Shown here in pieces: positions 1-10,691 of a DNA stretch of 64,000 bases (position 1 is its first letter; the number at the start of each line of letters is the position of its first letter). The notes under the pieces are model-generated. The model was not told the origin of the DNA and did not search any database. It saw only the letters and a list, made by a program, of their open reading frames with translations. The translations under genes were made by a program, and so were the position numbers. Source of the DNA: an uncultured Actinomycetota bacterium. GTDB taxonomy: Bacteria > Actinomycetota > Actinomycetes > Actinomycetales > Dermatophilaceae. Where the stretch lies: positions 320 to 64,319 of the forward strand of contig CAWGXD010000041.1 in NCBI GenBank assembly GCA_963826445.1. The letters are read 5' to 3'.

Positions 1-22
1 GCGCACGGCCGTCTACATTCTG

Positions 23-38
23 TGTAGCGAGCACTACA
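23..38. promoter_or_regulatory. Palindromic operator TGTAG-N6-CTACA upstream of the catabolic operon
   Basis: TGTAGCGAGCACTACA; a same-spacing copy CTGTAGCATTCACTACAG lies at 11976-11993. Confidence 0.6.
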
Positions 39-92
39 GAAACAGATCGTCGCCAACGCGACGATCAACGGAACCGCTCAGGAGAGGCAGCA

Positions 93-944
93 ATGGCGCT
101 GACGTTCGAAGCAACCAGCCGCACCGTGAATGCGGGCGCCTGGACCATTCACTACAACGAGGCCGGAGACCCGTCCGCACCGGCCGTCGTCCTGTTGCAC
201 GGCTCAGGTCCTGGCGCCACGGGGTGGAGCAACTTCAAGACCAACATCGACGCGCTGGCTGAGCACTTCCACGTCATCGCTCCCGACATGCCGGGTTGGG
301 GGAGGTCAGACGCCGTCACGAGAGACGAGATGGACCACGCCAAGGCAGCAGTCCAGCTCCTCGACGCCCTGGGTATCGACAAGGCGGCCTTCGTCGGCAA
401 CTCCATGGGCGGCATCACCACGCTGCGACTGGCGACCGAGTACCCCGAGCGAGTCAGCCACGTGATCACGATGGGCCCCGGGTCCGGCCCCCAGCCGAAG
501 CTCTTCTCGCCGGCAGGCGGCCTGTCCGAGGGCATGAAGACCCTCGTCGCTGCCTACCGCGAGCCCTCAGTCGGAGTCGATGACCCGGCTCACCGAGGTG
601 ATGACCTACGACAGCGCACGGTTCGCCACACCCGAGCTCGCCGCGGAGCGCGCCGGGAACGCCAAGGCGCACCCCCAGCACCTCGCGAACTACCTCGACG
701 GCTTCGCCCAGGGCGGACCCATCGCCAAGTGGTTCCGCCTCGAGGACCTGCCCAAGGTGCAGGTCCCGGCGCTGCTCATCCACGGCCGGGACGACCGCGT
801 CGTCCACTACGAGAACACTCTGCTGCTCCTCGCCCACATCCCGAACTCGCGGCCGTCCTGCTCAACCGCTGCGGCCACTGGGCCCAGGTCGAGCACGCCG
901 AGGAGTTCAACCGCCTCGTCACCGACTTCGTCACCAACAACTGA
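93..944 (+). CDS. Meta-cleavage product C-C hydrolase (BphD/HsaD/MhpC-like alpha/beta hydrolase), frameshifted
   Basis: LLHGSGPGATGWSNF, GNSMGG nucleophile elbow, HGRDDRVV, CGHWAQVEH across three frames; GGAGAGG RBS. Confidence 0.9.
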   Translation: MALTFEATSRTVNAGAWTIHYNEAGDPSAPAVVLLHGSGPGATGWSNFKTNIDALAEHFHVIAPDMPGWGRSDAVTRDEMDHAKAAVQLLDALGIDKAAFVGNSMGGITTLRLATEYPERVSHVITMGPGSGPQPKLFSPAGGLSEGMKTLVAAYREPSVGVDDPAHRGDDLRQRTVRHTRARRGARRERQGAPPAPRELPRRLRPGRTHRQVVPPRGPAQGAGPGAAHPRPGRPRRPLREHSAAPRPHPELAAVLLNRCGHWAQVEHAEEFNRLVTDFVTNN

Positions 945-985
945 CTGCCGCAGGAACGCCCCAAGGCGTGCCGGAAGGACCAACC

Positions 986-2162
986 ATGACCGACGTACTA
1001 GGGAACATCAAGGAGAACGTCTCAGTCCTCAAGGGCGAGGCAAAGCTCAGCGACGACCTCGGGAAGCTCACGGACGCGACCGCGCAGGTCCTGCGTGAAA
1101 GCGGCGTGATCCGCCTCTACCAGCCGACCGAGTGGAGCGGCTACGAGGCGCACCCCGTGGAGTTCATGGAGGCGCCATGACGGTCGGCGCGGCCTCCCCG
1201 TCCGCGGGTTGGGTCACCGGCGTCGTCGGCGTCCACCCGTGGGAGATCGCCATGATGGACCCGCGCCTCCAGGAGGAGATCTGGGGCGAGGACCCGGACA
1301 CGTGGACCGCGTCGCCCTACGCACCGTTCGGCCGCGCGAAGCGGGTCGACGGCGGCTACCTCTTCACCGGCCAGTGGCCCTACTCGACCGGAACGGACCA
1401 CTCCGACTGGGTCATCCTCGGCGGCATGGTGGCCGGTGAGGACGGCCAGCCGACTATGCCGCCGGACATCCGCCACTTCGTCATCCCGCGCAAGGACTAC
1501 GAGATCGTCGAGGACTCGTGGAACGTGCTTGGGCCTCAAGGGGACCGGCTCCAAGGACGTTCGGATGACGGACGTCTTCATGCCCGAGTACCGCGTCGTC
1601 GAGCGCCATGAAGATGAGCAACGGCGGCTACGAGGACCGCCAGCCCGGGAAGACGCTCTACAAGCTGAAGTTCCCCGTCGTCTTCTCCGCCGCCATCAAC
1701 TCCGGCACGCTCGGCATCGCCATCGGCGCCCTCGAGACCTACCGCTCCTACATGGAGCAGCGCGTGTCCGGCCGACGGCCGCGTCGCGAAGAACGACCCG
1801 ATCCAGCTCAACGTCTACGCGCGAGGCCGCGGCCGACGTCGCCGCATCGCGGCCAGTGCTGCTCAACGACATGAAGGAGCTGTTCGACCACGTCGAGAAG
1901 GGCGGCGAGGTCACGTGGACCCAGCGGCTCACGATCCGCCGCAACGGGGTCCGTGCAGTCCACCGTGCCGTCGACGCGGTCGACCGGCTCTACAAGATGA
2001 GCGGCGCCCAGGGCATCCACGAGCGCCACCCGAACGAGCGCTACTGGCGGGACATGCAGTCCGGCCTGAGCCACATCTGCAACGTCGTCCGAGGCCATCT
2101 CCGTCGAGTGGGCCACCAACGACCTCGGCGGCGAGCCCTCGGTCCCGCCCGTCTTCGCCTGA
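986..2162 (+). CDS. Flavin-dependent aromatic hydroxylase, oxygenase component (HsaA/acyl-CoA dehydrogenase-like), frameshifted
   Basis: SAGWVTGVVGVHPW, W(P)YSTGTDHSDW, GLKGTGSKDV, ERYWRDMQSGLSH pieces in ORFs 968, 1132, 1608, 1436. Confidence 0.85.
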
Positions 2163-2209
2163 CCTCCAAGACCTCCAAGCCACCGAGACCAACCAGAAGG
2201 AGATCAACG

Positions 2210-3144
2210 ATGATCACGTCACTTGCCTACCTCGGCGTCAACTCCCCGAAGAAGGACGAGTGGCCCGAGATGGCCACCAAGTTCTGGGGTGCCATGGTGA
2301 CCGACCCCGGCCCCGACGGCGCCGTGCGAATCAAGTTCGACGACGCCCTGTGGCGACTCCAGATCCACCCCGGCGAACAGGACGAGACCGCCTACCTCGG
2401 GTGGGGGGTCGACTACGAGGAGGACCTCGACCGCGTCGAGAAGGCGCTCGCGGACCTCGGCGTCAGCAGCGAGCGCGGAGATGTGGAGCTCGCGGAGGCC
2501 CGGGCCGTCAACCGGATCCTCGTGTTCACCGACCCGTGGGGCTTCCGCCACGAGGTGACCTGGGGCCAGAGCCACGTGCGCTCGTCCTTCGTGCCGGGGC
2601 GGGCCATCTCCGGCTTCGTCACCGGTGCAGCAGGGCCTGGGGCACGTGCTGCTGCTCATGCCGGACATCGAGGCGGGGCACGAGTTCTTCACCAGGCTCG
2701 GCTTCCGGCTGTCGGACAAGATCATCGTCCCGGGCCGGCTCAACGCCCGCTTCTACCACTGCAACGCGCGCCACCACACGCTGGCGCTCGGGCAGTGCCC
2801 GCCCGGGGTCGCTGGCCTCAACCACCTGATGATCCAGGTCAACGTCGGTCGACGACGTCGGCACCGGCTACGAGATCGCCCAGGAGATGGGCGTCCCGAT
2901 CACGCTGACGATTGGCCGGCACTCCAACGACCAGCAGTTCAGCTTCTACCACTCGACGCCGAGCTCGTTCCACGTGGAGTACGGCTTCGGAGGCCTCGAG
3001 GTGGACGAGGAGACCTGGATCCCGCGGGTCTACGACCGGACCGCGGTCTGGGGACACCAGCCCCACCCGGACGGCCAGGGCCGCCCGCCCGGCATCATGC
3101 ACCCGCTCGCGGACCCGAAGCTGCCGGCCGCCGAGGAGGCCTGA
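2210..3144 (+). CDS. Extradiol ring-cleavage dioxygenase (BphC/HsaC-like, VOC fold), frameshifted
   Basis: MITSLAYLGV, FTDPWGFRHE, GLGHVLL, FYHCNARHHTLA, NHLM, GRHSND..SFY..TPS.F.VEYG metal-ligand motifs. Confidence 0.9.
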
Positions 3145-3151
3145 GTCCATC

Positions 3152-4105
3152 GTGTCCACCGTCCCGGCAGCCCTTCGGGGCCGCCGAGACGCTGGTGGGG
3201 GTCGGCCACGGGCCGACCCCCACCGAGCGTCGCGAGCGCCTGCGATCCCTGCTCTCCGACGGCACCCTGGTGCCTGCCGGGTGCCACGGACGCTCTCGGC
3301 GTGCGGCTGATCGAGGGGGCCGGCTTCGACGCCGCCTACGCCACCGGTGCCGGGCTGGCCAACGCCCAGTACGGCGTTCCCGACATCGGGCTGATCTCGC
3401 TCGGTGAGGTGGCCGACCACGTCGACCGGCTGGCGTCGGCCACCCAGCTGCCCGCTCGTCGTCGACGCGGACACCGGCTTCGGCGACCCGGTCATGGCGA
3501 TGCGGGCGGCTCACCGGCTCGAGCGAGCCGGTGCCGCGGCGATCCAGCTCGAGGACCAGGAGATGCCCAAGCGGTGTGGCCACTTCGACCACCACGCCCT
3601 GATCCCCGCGGAGCACATGCAGGCCAAGCTCGTTGCGGTCCGCGCAGGCGCTGGAGGACCCGTCGACCGTCATCATCGCCCGCACGGACGCGCGCAGCGT
3701 CCACGACATCGACGAGGCGATCCGTCGTGGTCACGCCTACGTCGAGGCGGGCGCCGACGTCATCTTCGTCGAGGCGCCGCGCACCGTCGAGGAGCTCGAG
3801 CGCGTCGGCCGAGAGCTGGGCGGGGTCCCACTCGTCGTCAACGTCGTCGAGGGTGGCAAGACACCGCAGCTCAGCGCTCGACGAGTACCGCGGAGCTGGG
3901 CTTCGGCGTCGTCCTCTTCGCGAACTTCCTCATGCGCGCCATGCTCCGGGCCGGCGCCGACGCGCTCGCCCATCTGCGCCGACCGGCGAGACCGGCTCCT
4001 ACGTCGACCGGATCGCTACGTGGGAGGAGCGCCAGGCGCTGTTCAACCTCCCGCAGTTCTCCGCGGCGGAGGCCCATTTCGACAGCCTGGGGAGGACGCG
4101 CATGA
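3152..4105 (+). CDS. Isocitrate lyase/PEP mutase family protein (methylisocitrate/dimethylmalate lyase-like), frameshifted
   Basis: VDADTGFG, QLEDQEMPKRCGH, IIARTDAR, AGADVIFVEAP, NVVEGGKTP. Confidence 0.85.
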
Positions 4106-5536
4106 GGGAGGAACCGGGCATTCCGCCGGCCGGGCTGCCGGTCGACGACGCCCTGCCCGGAACGGGTCGGTGTGCTCGTGCTCGGTGGCGGGTCTGGCGG
4201 GAGCCGCCGCGCTGCTGGCTGCGGCAGAGGCCGGCCAGTACGCCGTGCTGCTGGAGAAGACGGCGGCGTTCGGCGGCTCGACCGTGCGGTCTGCGGGGCT
4301 GTCGGCCTTCGTCGGCACGGACGAGCAGGTCGAGCAGGGCATCGCGGACTCGGTCGAGCTGCTGCGCAAGGACCTGCTCGAGGTCGGGTGGGCACGTCAA
4401 CGACGAGGCGCTGGTCGACCTCTACTGCGACGAGCAGCTGGGCACCTACCGCTGGCTCAAGGGGCACGGGGTGCGCTACGGGCACATTCATGCCGCCTCG
4501 GGGCAGTCGGCGCCCCGGTCGCACCCGACGGACACGACGGCGATGCTGCGGTCACTCTTCTCGGCCGCTGGCCGGCTGGGGGCCCGTCTGGTCCTGGGCG
4601 CTGACGTCCAGCGGATCCTGCATGACGGCTCGCGCGTGACGGGCGTCCTCGTCGAGCGCGAGGGCGAGACGCCGCGAGGTGCTGGCGGATGCGGTCGTGC
4701 TGGCGACCGGCGGCTTCTCCCGGGACCGGGCGATGCTCGAGCGGTTCGCCCCGCAGATGGCGCAAGCCCTGCTGGCCGGCGGCGAGGGCAACCACGGCGA
4801 CGGCCTGCGGATGGCGATGAAGCTCGGGGCGGGCCTGCGGGACCTGCCCTACGTCAAGGGCACCTACGGCATCTTCCACGAGCCGCATCCCGGCGAGGAC
4901 GGCACCGGCATCCTTGCGGTGTACAAGGGGGCGATAGCGGTCGACCGGCACGGTCGCCGGTTCGTGGACGAGTCGATCCCCTACAAGGCGTTGGGCGATG
5001 CCAGCCTGGCCCAGCCGATGGCGCGGACCTGGCAGGTCTTCGACGCCACGGTGATGGCGGCCTCGAACGACGAGGTCCCGATCTACGACTTCGGCGGGCG
5101 GGAGCGCGCCGGGATGCTCGAGATGGCCGATTCCATCGAGGAGCTAGCGTCGAGGCTCGGCACCGACCCCGGTGTCCTCGAGGCCACCGTCGCGGACTAC
5201 AACTCGCGGATCGCGGCGGGCAAGCCGGATCCGCTCGGCCGGGTGCACCTGGTCGGCGGGGTCGGGCAGCGCACGCCGATCGACACGCCGCCGTTCTACG
5301 CCCAGCTCTCGGGCACCGTCGTGCTTGCGACGTACTGCGGCGTCACCGCGGACACGTCGATGCGCGTCCTTGACGTCTACGGTGACCCGATCCCGAGGCT
5401 GTACGCGGCGGGTGAGCTCGTCGGCGGCTTTCACGGCGCCGGCTACATGACCGGCACCTCCATCGGGAAGTCCGCCATCTTCGGGCGGGTCGCGGGCACT
5501 GCGGCCGCGGCGGAGGAGAGTGAGCTCGAGTGGTGA
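4102..5536 (+). CDS. FAD-dependent oxidoreductase (flavocytochrome c/fumarate reductase flavoprotein family), frameshifted
   Basis: GGGxxG FAD motif, LEK..FGGST, VVLATGGF, GDGLRMA, RRFVDE, LYAAGE..GGFHG..Y..G.S. Confidence 0.85.
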
Positions 5537-6304
5537 GCGGACTCTTCGACCTGAGCGGCCGGGTGGCCGTGGTGATCGGGGCCGCCGCCGGTGGGCTCGG
5601 GGAACGCGCCGCAATCGCGCTGTCCGAGCACGGCGCGACGGTCGCGGTGGCGGATCTGGAAGCCCAGGCGGACAAGGTCGCCGAGACCGCGAGCCGGTGC
5701 GGCGAGACTGCCTCGGCACACGCGGTGGATGTGACGAGCGAGGACTCCGTGCGCGCGCTGGCCGGCTCGGTCGTCGACCGGCACGGCCGCGTCGACGTCG
5801 TCGTCAATGCGGCCGGGATCATGCTCCGCCGGGAGATCGGGCAGACCTCGCTCGAGGAGTTCGAGGGCGTCATGCGGGTCAACGTGTCGGGGTGCTGGCT
5901 CGTCGGGCGCGAGTTCGGCCCGCGCCTGGCAGCCTCCGGTTGGGGCCGCATCGTCAACGTCACCACCGTCTACGCCGAGCGGGTCGGTCCCGTCCCCGAG
6001 AGTGCCTACTACGCGTCCAAGGCTGCCGTCGTCAACGTCACCCGCTCGCTTGGCCAGCGAGCTCGGCCGCACCGGCGTCACGGTCAACGCCCTGGCGCCC
6101 GCGGTGTTCTATCCGACCGCGATGACGGCACCACTCGGCGAGGATCCGGAGCGACTGGAGTGGTTCGCGGACCGGACCATGCTCGGCCGCCTCGGTGACC
6201 CTGCCACCGACCTCGCTGGCCCACTCGTCCTGCTCGCCTCACCCGCTTCGTCGTACATGACCGGCCAGGTCATCTACGTCGACGGCGGCTGGTCCGCCTG
6301 GTGA
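5533..6304 (+). CDS. Short-chain dehydrogenase/reductase, frameshifted
   Basis: LFDLSGRVAVV, VNAAG, YYASK, VNALAP, YMTGQVIYVDGG. Confidence 0.9.
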
Positions 6305-6341
6305 AGTTCCAAATCCATTGTTTGCCAAGGAGATACTCGTA

Positions 6342-6935
6342 ATGTCCACGAATACCGCGCTGCTGATGCTCGACTACCAGGTGGCCTTGGCCCAGGAGGG
6401 CGAGCTCTGTCTTGCCCCGCCGTTGGCGGCCCAGGTCCGGGAGCGCGACGTGCTCTCCACGGCCAAGCGGGTCCTCGAGGCGGCCCGCGCCGCCGGGGTC
6501 AAGGTCTTCCATGTCCGGCTCGCGTTCGACCCGACCTACGGGCTGCGCACCAACCGGCTCGCGCGGTTCGACGGCTACCCGGCGAACCAGAAGATGAAGC
6601 GGGGCAACCCCGAGGCGGAGTTCGTCGCCGAGCTCGCCCCGCTCGAGGACGAGCCGGTCATCGACAAGGGCGCCGTCAACGCCTTCATCGGCACGCCGCT
6701 GCGTGACGTGCTGGCGGCCGAGGGCATCTCGCACGTCGTGCTCGGGGGCATCGCCACTCACCTGGTCGTCGAGTCCACGGCCCGGCACGCCTCGGACAGC
6801 GGCCTGCAGGTGAGCATCGTCGAGGACCTGTGCGCCGCGCCGGAGCCGGCGATCCACGAGTTCGCGTTCGCCAAGACGTTGCCGCTCTTCGGTACCGTCA
6901 CCACCGCCGACGAGGTCATCGGGAGCTGGTCATGA
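6342..6935 (+). CDS. Isochorismatase-family hydrolase
   Basis: TALLMLDYQ, DKGAVNAF.GT, GIATHLVVESTARHASD, EDLCA. Confidence 0.85.
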   Translation: MSTNTALLMLDYQVALAQEGELCLAPPLAAQVRERDVLSTAKRVLEAARAAGVKVFHVRLAFDPTYGLRTNRLARFDGYPANQKMKRGNPEAEFVAELAPLEDEPVIDKGAVNAFIGTPLRDVLAAEGISHVVLGGIATHLVVESTARHASDSGLQVSIVEDLCAAPEPAIHEFAFAKTLPLFGTVTTADEVIGSWS

Positions 6936-8441
6936 CCGCACAGACATCCACCACACCGACCGCCCGCACCGCCGGCCCCGGCTCGGTCGACGGCTACGAC
7001 GTGATCGTCGTCGGCGGTGGCATCGCGGGCCTGTCCGCGGCGCTGTCCGCGACGGAGAACGGCGCCCGTGTCGCGCTGCTCGACCGGGCGACTGAGCAGG
7101 AGACCGGCGGCAACACCCGCTACACCGAGGCCTACCTGCGGATGAAGTCGCTTGACGAGGTCTCCGACGGGCTCGCCGACACCATCGTCGACGACTTCAT
7201 GGGCCACCCGGACCCGGGCATCACGGCGGACTCGGGCCTCGACTGGGAGCGCCGCAACCCGTTGCTGCGCGGCCACCAGGTGGTCGACCTCGACTACGTC
7301 GCCACGTTCGAGGACAACGCCGGGCCGACCCTGCGCTGGCTCGAGGGTCACGGGGTCAGCTTCGGGCAGCTGCCGACGCTGTTTCTGACCGTTTCGACCA
7401 CCCGGATGGCGCCGGTCGGCGGCGGGCTGGCCCTTGTCGAGACCTTGGGCGCGAAAGCTCGCGCGCTGGGGGTCGACTTCCACTTCCAGACGACCGCCCG
7501 CACCCTCCGCGTCGACGACAGCGGACGAGTGACCGGTGTCGAGACGGTCGATGCAACCGGCGCCCGCCGGGTCTTCACCGGCACGGTCGTCCTGGCCAGT
7601 GGCGGCTACCAGGGCAACGCCGAGCTGATGGCCCGCTACCACGGCCCGCTGGGCATGCTCGCCCGGCCGGTCGCCCGCGGCGGCAACTACAACAAGGGCG
7701 AGGGCATCGAGATGGCGATGGCCCTCGGTGCCGCGACCGCCGGCAACTTCGCACTCTTCCACGCCGAGCCGGTCGACCCGCGCTCACCGGACCCTGAGGC
7801 CGCGATCATGGCCTTCACCTACGGCATCCTCGTCAACGTCAACGGGAAGCGGTTCGTCGACGAGGCGCGCGGGCCGATCGACGCCTGGTACGAGCGGACG
7901 ACCCGCGACATCCAGGGCCAGACCCGAGGCATCGCGTGGATGATCCTCGACGCCAGCAGGGCAGGCCATCCCCAACCTCAAGACCGCGATCCGCTCCGAG
8001 GAGTCACCGCTCCGGGCGGACACGATCGCCGAGCTCGCCGCCAAGATCGAGGTCGACCCGGCGACGCTCGAGGCCACGGTGGCCGCGTACAACGCCGCCT
8101 GCCCCGACGGGGAGTGGGATCCGACCCGGCCGGACGGGCTCGCCACCGACGGCGTCACGCCGCCGAAGTCCAACTGGGCCAAGCCGATCCAGTCGGGCCC
8201 GTTCATCGCCTACCCGATCATGTGCGCCAACGTATTCACCTTCGGCGGGCTCAAGGTCGACGCGGCCTCGCGGTCATCGACCGCGACGGGCGTGCCATCC
8301 GCGGGCTCTACGCAGCCGGTGAGATGACCGGGCTGTACTACTCGAACTACACCGGCTCGACCTCGGTGCTGCGCGGCGCGACCTTCGGCCGGATCGCCGG
8401 CGCACGAGCCGCCGGCCGTGGAGCGGCGGGAGCGGTCGTGA
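6932..8441 (+). CDS. FAD-dependent oxidoreductase (TcuA/flavocytochrome c-like), frameshifted
   Basis: VIVVGGGIAG, GGNTRYT, VVLASGGYQGN, GKRFVDE, FTFGGLK, GLYAAGE, GTSVLRGATFG. Confidence 0.85.
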
Positions 8442-9245
8442 AGATCTGGCACCAGAGCTTCACGGTCCTGGACGACGTCCCGCACTACCGGGACGCGCTC
8501 GAGCGGCACTGTGCGCAAGGTCGCCGCTCCGGGCACCGAGGTCGACCTGCACGGGATGAGGCCCGGCACCTACCCGAGCGACTACCCCGGCACGCACATC
8601 AAGTACGCCTACCTGTCCGGGCTGCACAAGGAGCAGTTCGTCCACGCTGCCCTGCGCGCGCAGGACGAGGGCTACGACGCGTTCCTCATCGCGACCATCC
8701 CGGACACCGCGTACGAGGAGTGCCGATCGGTGGTCGACATCCCCGTCCTGGCCTACGGCCACACCTCGGTCCTCACGGCGGCGACGCTCGGGTCACCGGT
8801 CGGCATCGTCAACTTCATCGGCGCCCTCGAGCCACAGCTTCGCCGCAACCTGCGCACCTACGGCCTCGACCAGGTCGTCGGCCCGATCCGGCAGGTCGCC
8901 GCGGAGTTCACCGACGTCATGGCCGCCTATGCCGAACCGGAGGGCCTGCTCGAGGCGTTCCGCAGGGCCGCGCGCGAGGCGATCGACGCCGGTGCGACGG
9001 TCATCGTCCCGGGCGAGGGACCGCTCAACGTGTTCCTCGCCGACCACGGCGTCAGCCGCGTGGAGGACGTGCCCGTCCTCGACTCCCTCGGCACCCTGCT
9101 CCAGGTCGCCGAGCTGCGGGCGCGGCAGTACCGCTCGGCCGGCCTGATCCCGTCACGGCGCGGCTTCCACCACGAGCAGCCGCCGCGGGAGCTGCTCGAC
9201 CGGGCCCGGGACTTCTACGGCATCACCGCCGCGCTCGACAGCTGA
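8438..9245 (+). CDS. Asp/Glu/hydantoin racemase-family protein, frameshifted near the N-terminus
   Basis: KIWHQS, APGTEVDLHG, RAQDEGYDAF, AIDAGATVIVPG, VPVLD. Confidence 0.75.
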
Positions 9246-9296
9246 GGCCGGTCGAGCGACCGGCCGGACCACCCTGATCCCGAAGGGACCCGAACA

Positions 9297-10619
9297 GTGC
9301 AAGAGGACATCGAGGTCGACGTCGTCGTCGCCGGTGCCGGAGCTGCGGGAGTCATGACGGCTCTGCGCGCCTCCGAGAACCCGGACGTCGTCGTCGCCGT
9401 GCTCGAGAAGAGCATGACCGAGGGCTGCAACGCCGGTGTGTCCAGCGGCAGCCTCGCTGCGGGAGGGACCCGCTTCCAAAGGGCAGCCGGCATCGAGGAC
9501 TCAGCTCAGCGGCATACGGACGACATCTTGTCCGACTCGGGGGACGAGCGGCACCGCGACCTCGTGGCGACAGTGTGCGGCGTGGCCGCGGAGTACGTCC
9601 ACTGGATCGCCGACGAGCTCGGCTACCCCATGGACGTCGGCACCGACATGGCCCGCAAGGGCATGTCGGTGCCACGGCTGCACGCCGACCCCGCGCGCGT
9701 CGGCGGCGGCCCGCTGATCACCCACCTGCGCAAGGAGCTCGCGGACCGGCCCAACGTGGCCCTGCTCGACGAGGCGCCCGTGGGCGGGCTGCGCGTGCAG
9801 GACGGCCGGGTCGTCGGCGTCACCGGCCGGCAGGGCGGCAACGACCTGGTCGTCACGGCGGGCACGACCGTGCTGGCCACCGACGGGTTCGCCGGCAACC
9901 GCGCCCTGATGCAGGAGTTCTGCGCCGAGCTCGGTGACCCCTTCCACGGCGGCGTCAGCACCGCCACCGGCGACTCCATCGGCTGGCTTCGCCCGCTGGG
10001 CGTCGAGTTCCGCAACATGAGCGCGTGCCTGCGGCACGGTCAGGTCACCCTCCACGGCACCCGGGTCAACCCGGCGCTGCCGTGGCTCGGCGCGGTCCTG
10101 GTCAACCGCCGCGGGCAGCGCTTCGTCGACGAGCAGGCCCACGGCTACTCCGGGCTCGCCGGCGTCATCCAGGCCCAGCCCGGCGAGCGGGCCGTGATGA
10201 TCTGGGACGCCGAGGCGCAGCAGACCGCACAGCACTCCGAGATGATGCGCGAGTCCCAGCAGGCCGGGGCCTTGCAGACCGCGCCCGACGTGGCCACCCT
10301 GGCCGACGCGCTGCGGCTCGACCCGATGGCGCCTGGCATCGGCGCTCACGCCGCTCCCGGTCGCCGCGCCCTGATCGGACCGTTCCACTATGCGTGGCTC
10401 ACCCATGGCGTCCTGACCACCCAGGGCGGTGCCGCCATCGACACGAGCGGGCACGTCCTGCGCACCGACGGCACCACCATCCCCGGCCTGCGCGCCGGCG
10501 GCGGCGTGGCAGTTGGGCTCGGCGGGCCTGAGTCCGGCGGGTACAGCTCCGGCAACGGGCTGCTGTCGGCGTTCGGCATGGGCTGGATCATCGGGAACCA
10601 GCTCGCCCTCGGGCGGTAG
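9297..10619 (+). CDS. FAD-dependent oxidoreductase (third flavocytochrome c-type paralog)
   Basis: DVVVAGAGAAG, IEDS, VLATDGF.GN, GQRFVDE, TQGG, GYSSGNGL..A...G. Confidence 0.85.
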   Translation: MQEDIEVDVVVAGAGAAGVMTALRASENPDVVVAVLEKSMTEGCNAGVSSGSLAAGGTRFQRAAGIEDSAQRHTDDILSDSGDERHRDLVATVCGVAAEYVHWIADELGYPMDVGTDMARKGMSVPRLHADPARVGGGPLITHLRKELADRPNVALLDEAPVGGLRVQDGRVVGVTGRQGGNDLVVTAGTTVLATDGFAGNRALMQEFCAELGDPFHGGVSTATGDSIGWLRPLGVEFRNMSACLRHGQVTLHGTRVNPALPWLGAVLVNRRGQRFVDEQAHGYSGLAGVIQAQPGERAVMIWDAEAQQTAQHSEMMRESQQAGALQTAPDVATLADALRLDPMAPGIGAHAAPGRRALIGPFHYAWLTHGVLTTQGGAAIDTSGHVLRTDGTTIPGLRAGGGVAVGLGGPESGGYSSGNGLLSAFGMGWIIGNQLALGR

Positions 10620-10641
10620 GGGAGCGCCACGGCGTTGGCGG

Positions 10642-10682
10642 AAAGGGGCGGCCACCCGCGGTTGCGGGATGGCCGTCCGTTT
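10642..10682. terminator. Probable bidirectional intrinsic terminator
   Basis: AAAGGGGCGGCCACCCGC-GGTT-GCGGGATGGCCGTCCGTTT hairpin between convergent genes. Confidence 0.55.
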
Positions 10683-10691
10683 GTGCTGTGG

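Noticed and set aside
6342-9245. Maleamate pathway (NicF/NicE) assignment
   Set aside because: Both candidate proteins appear to lack the catalytic cysteines those enzymes require
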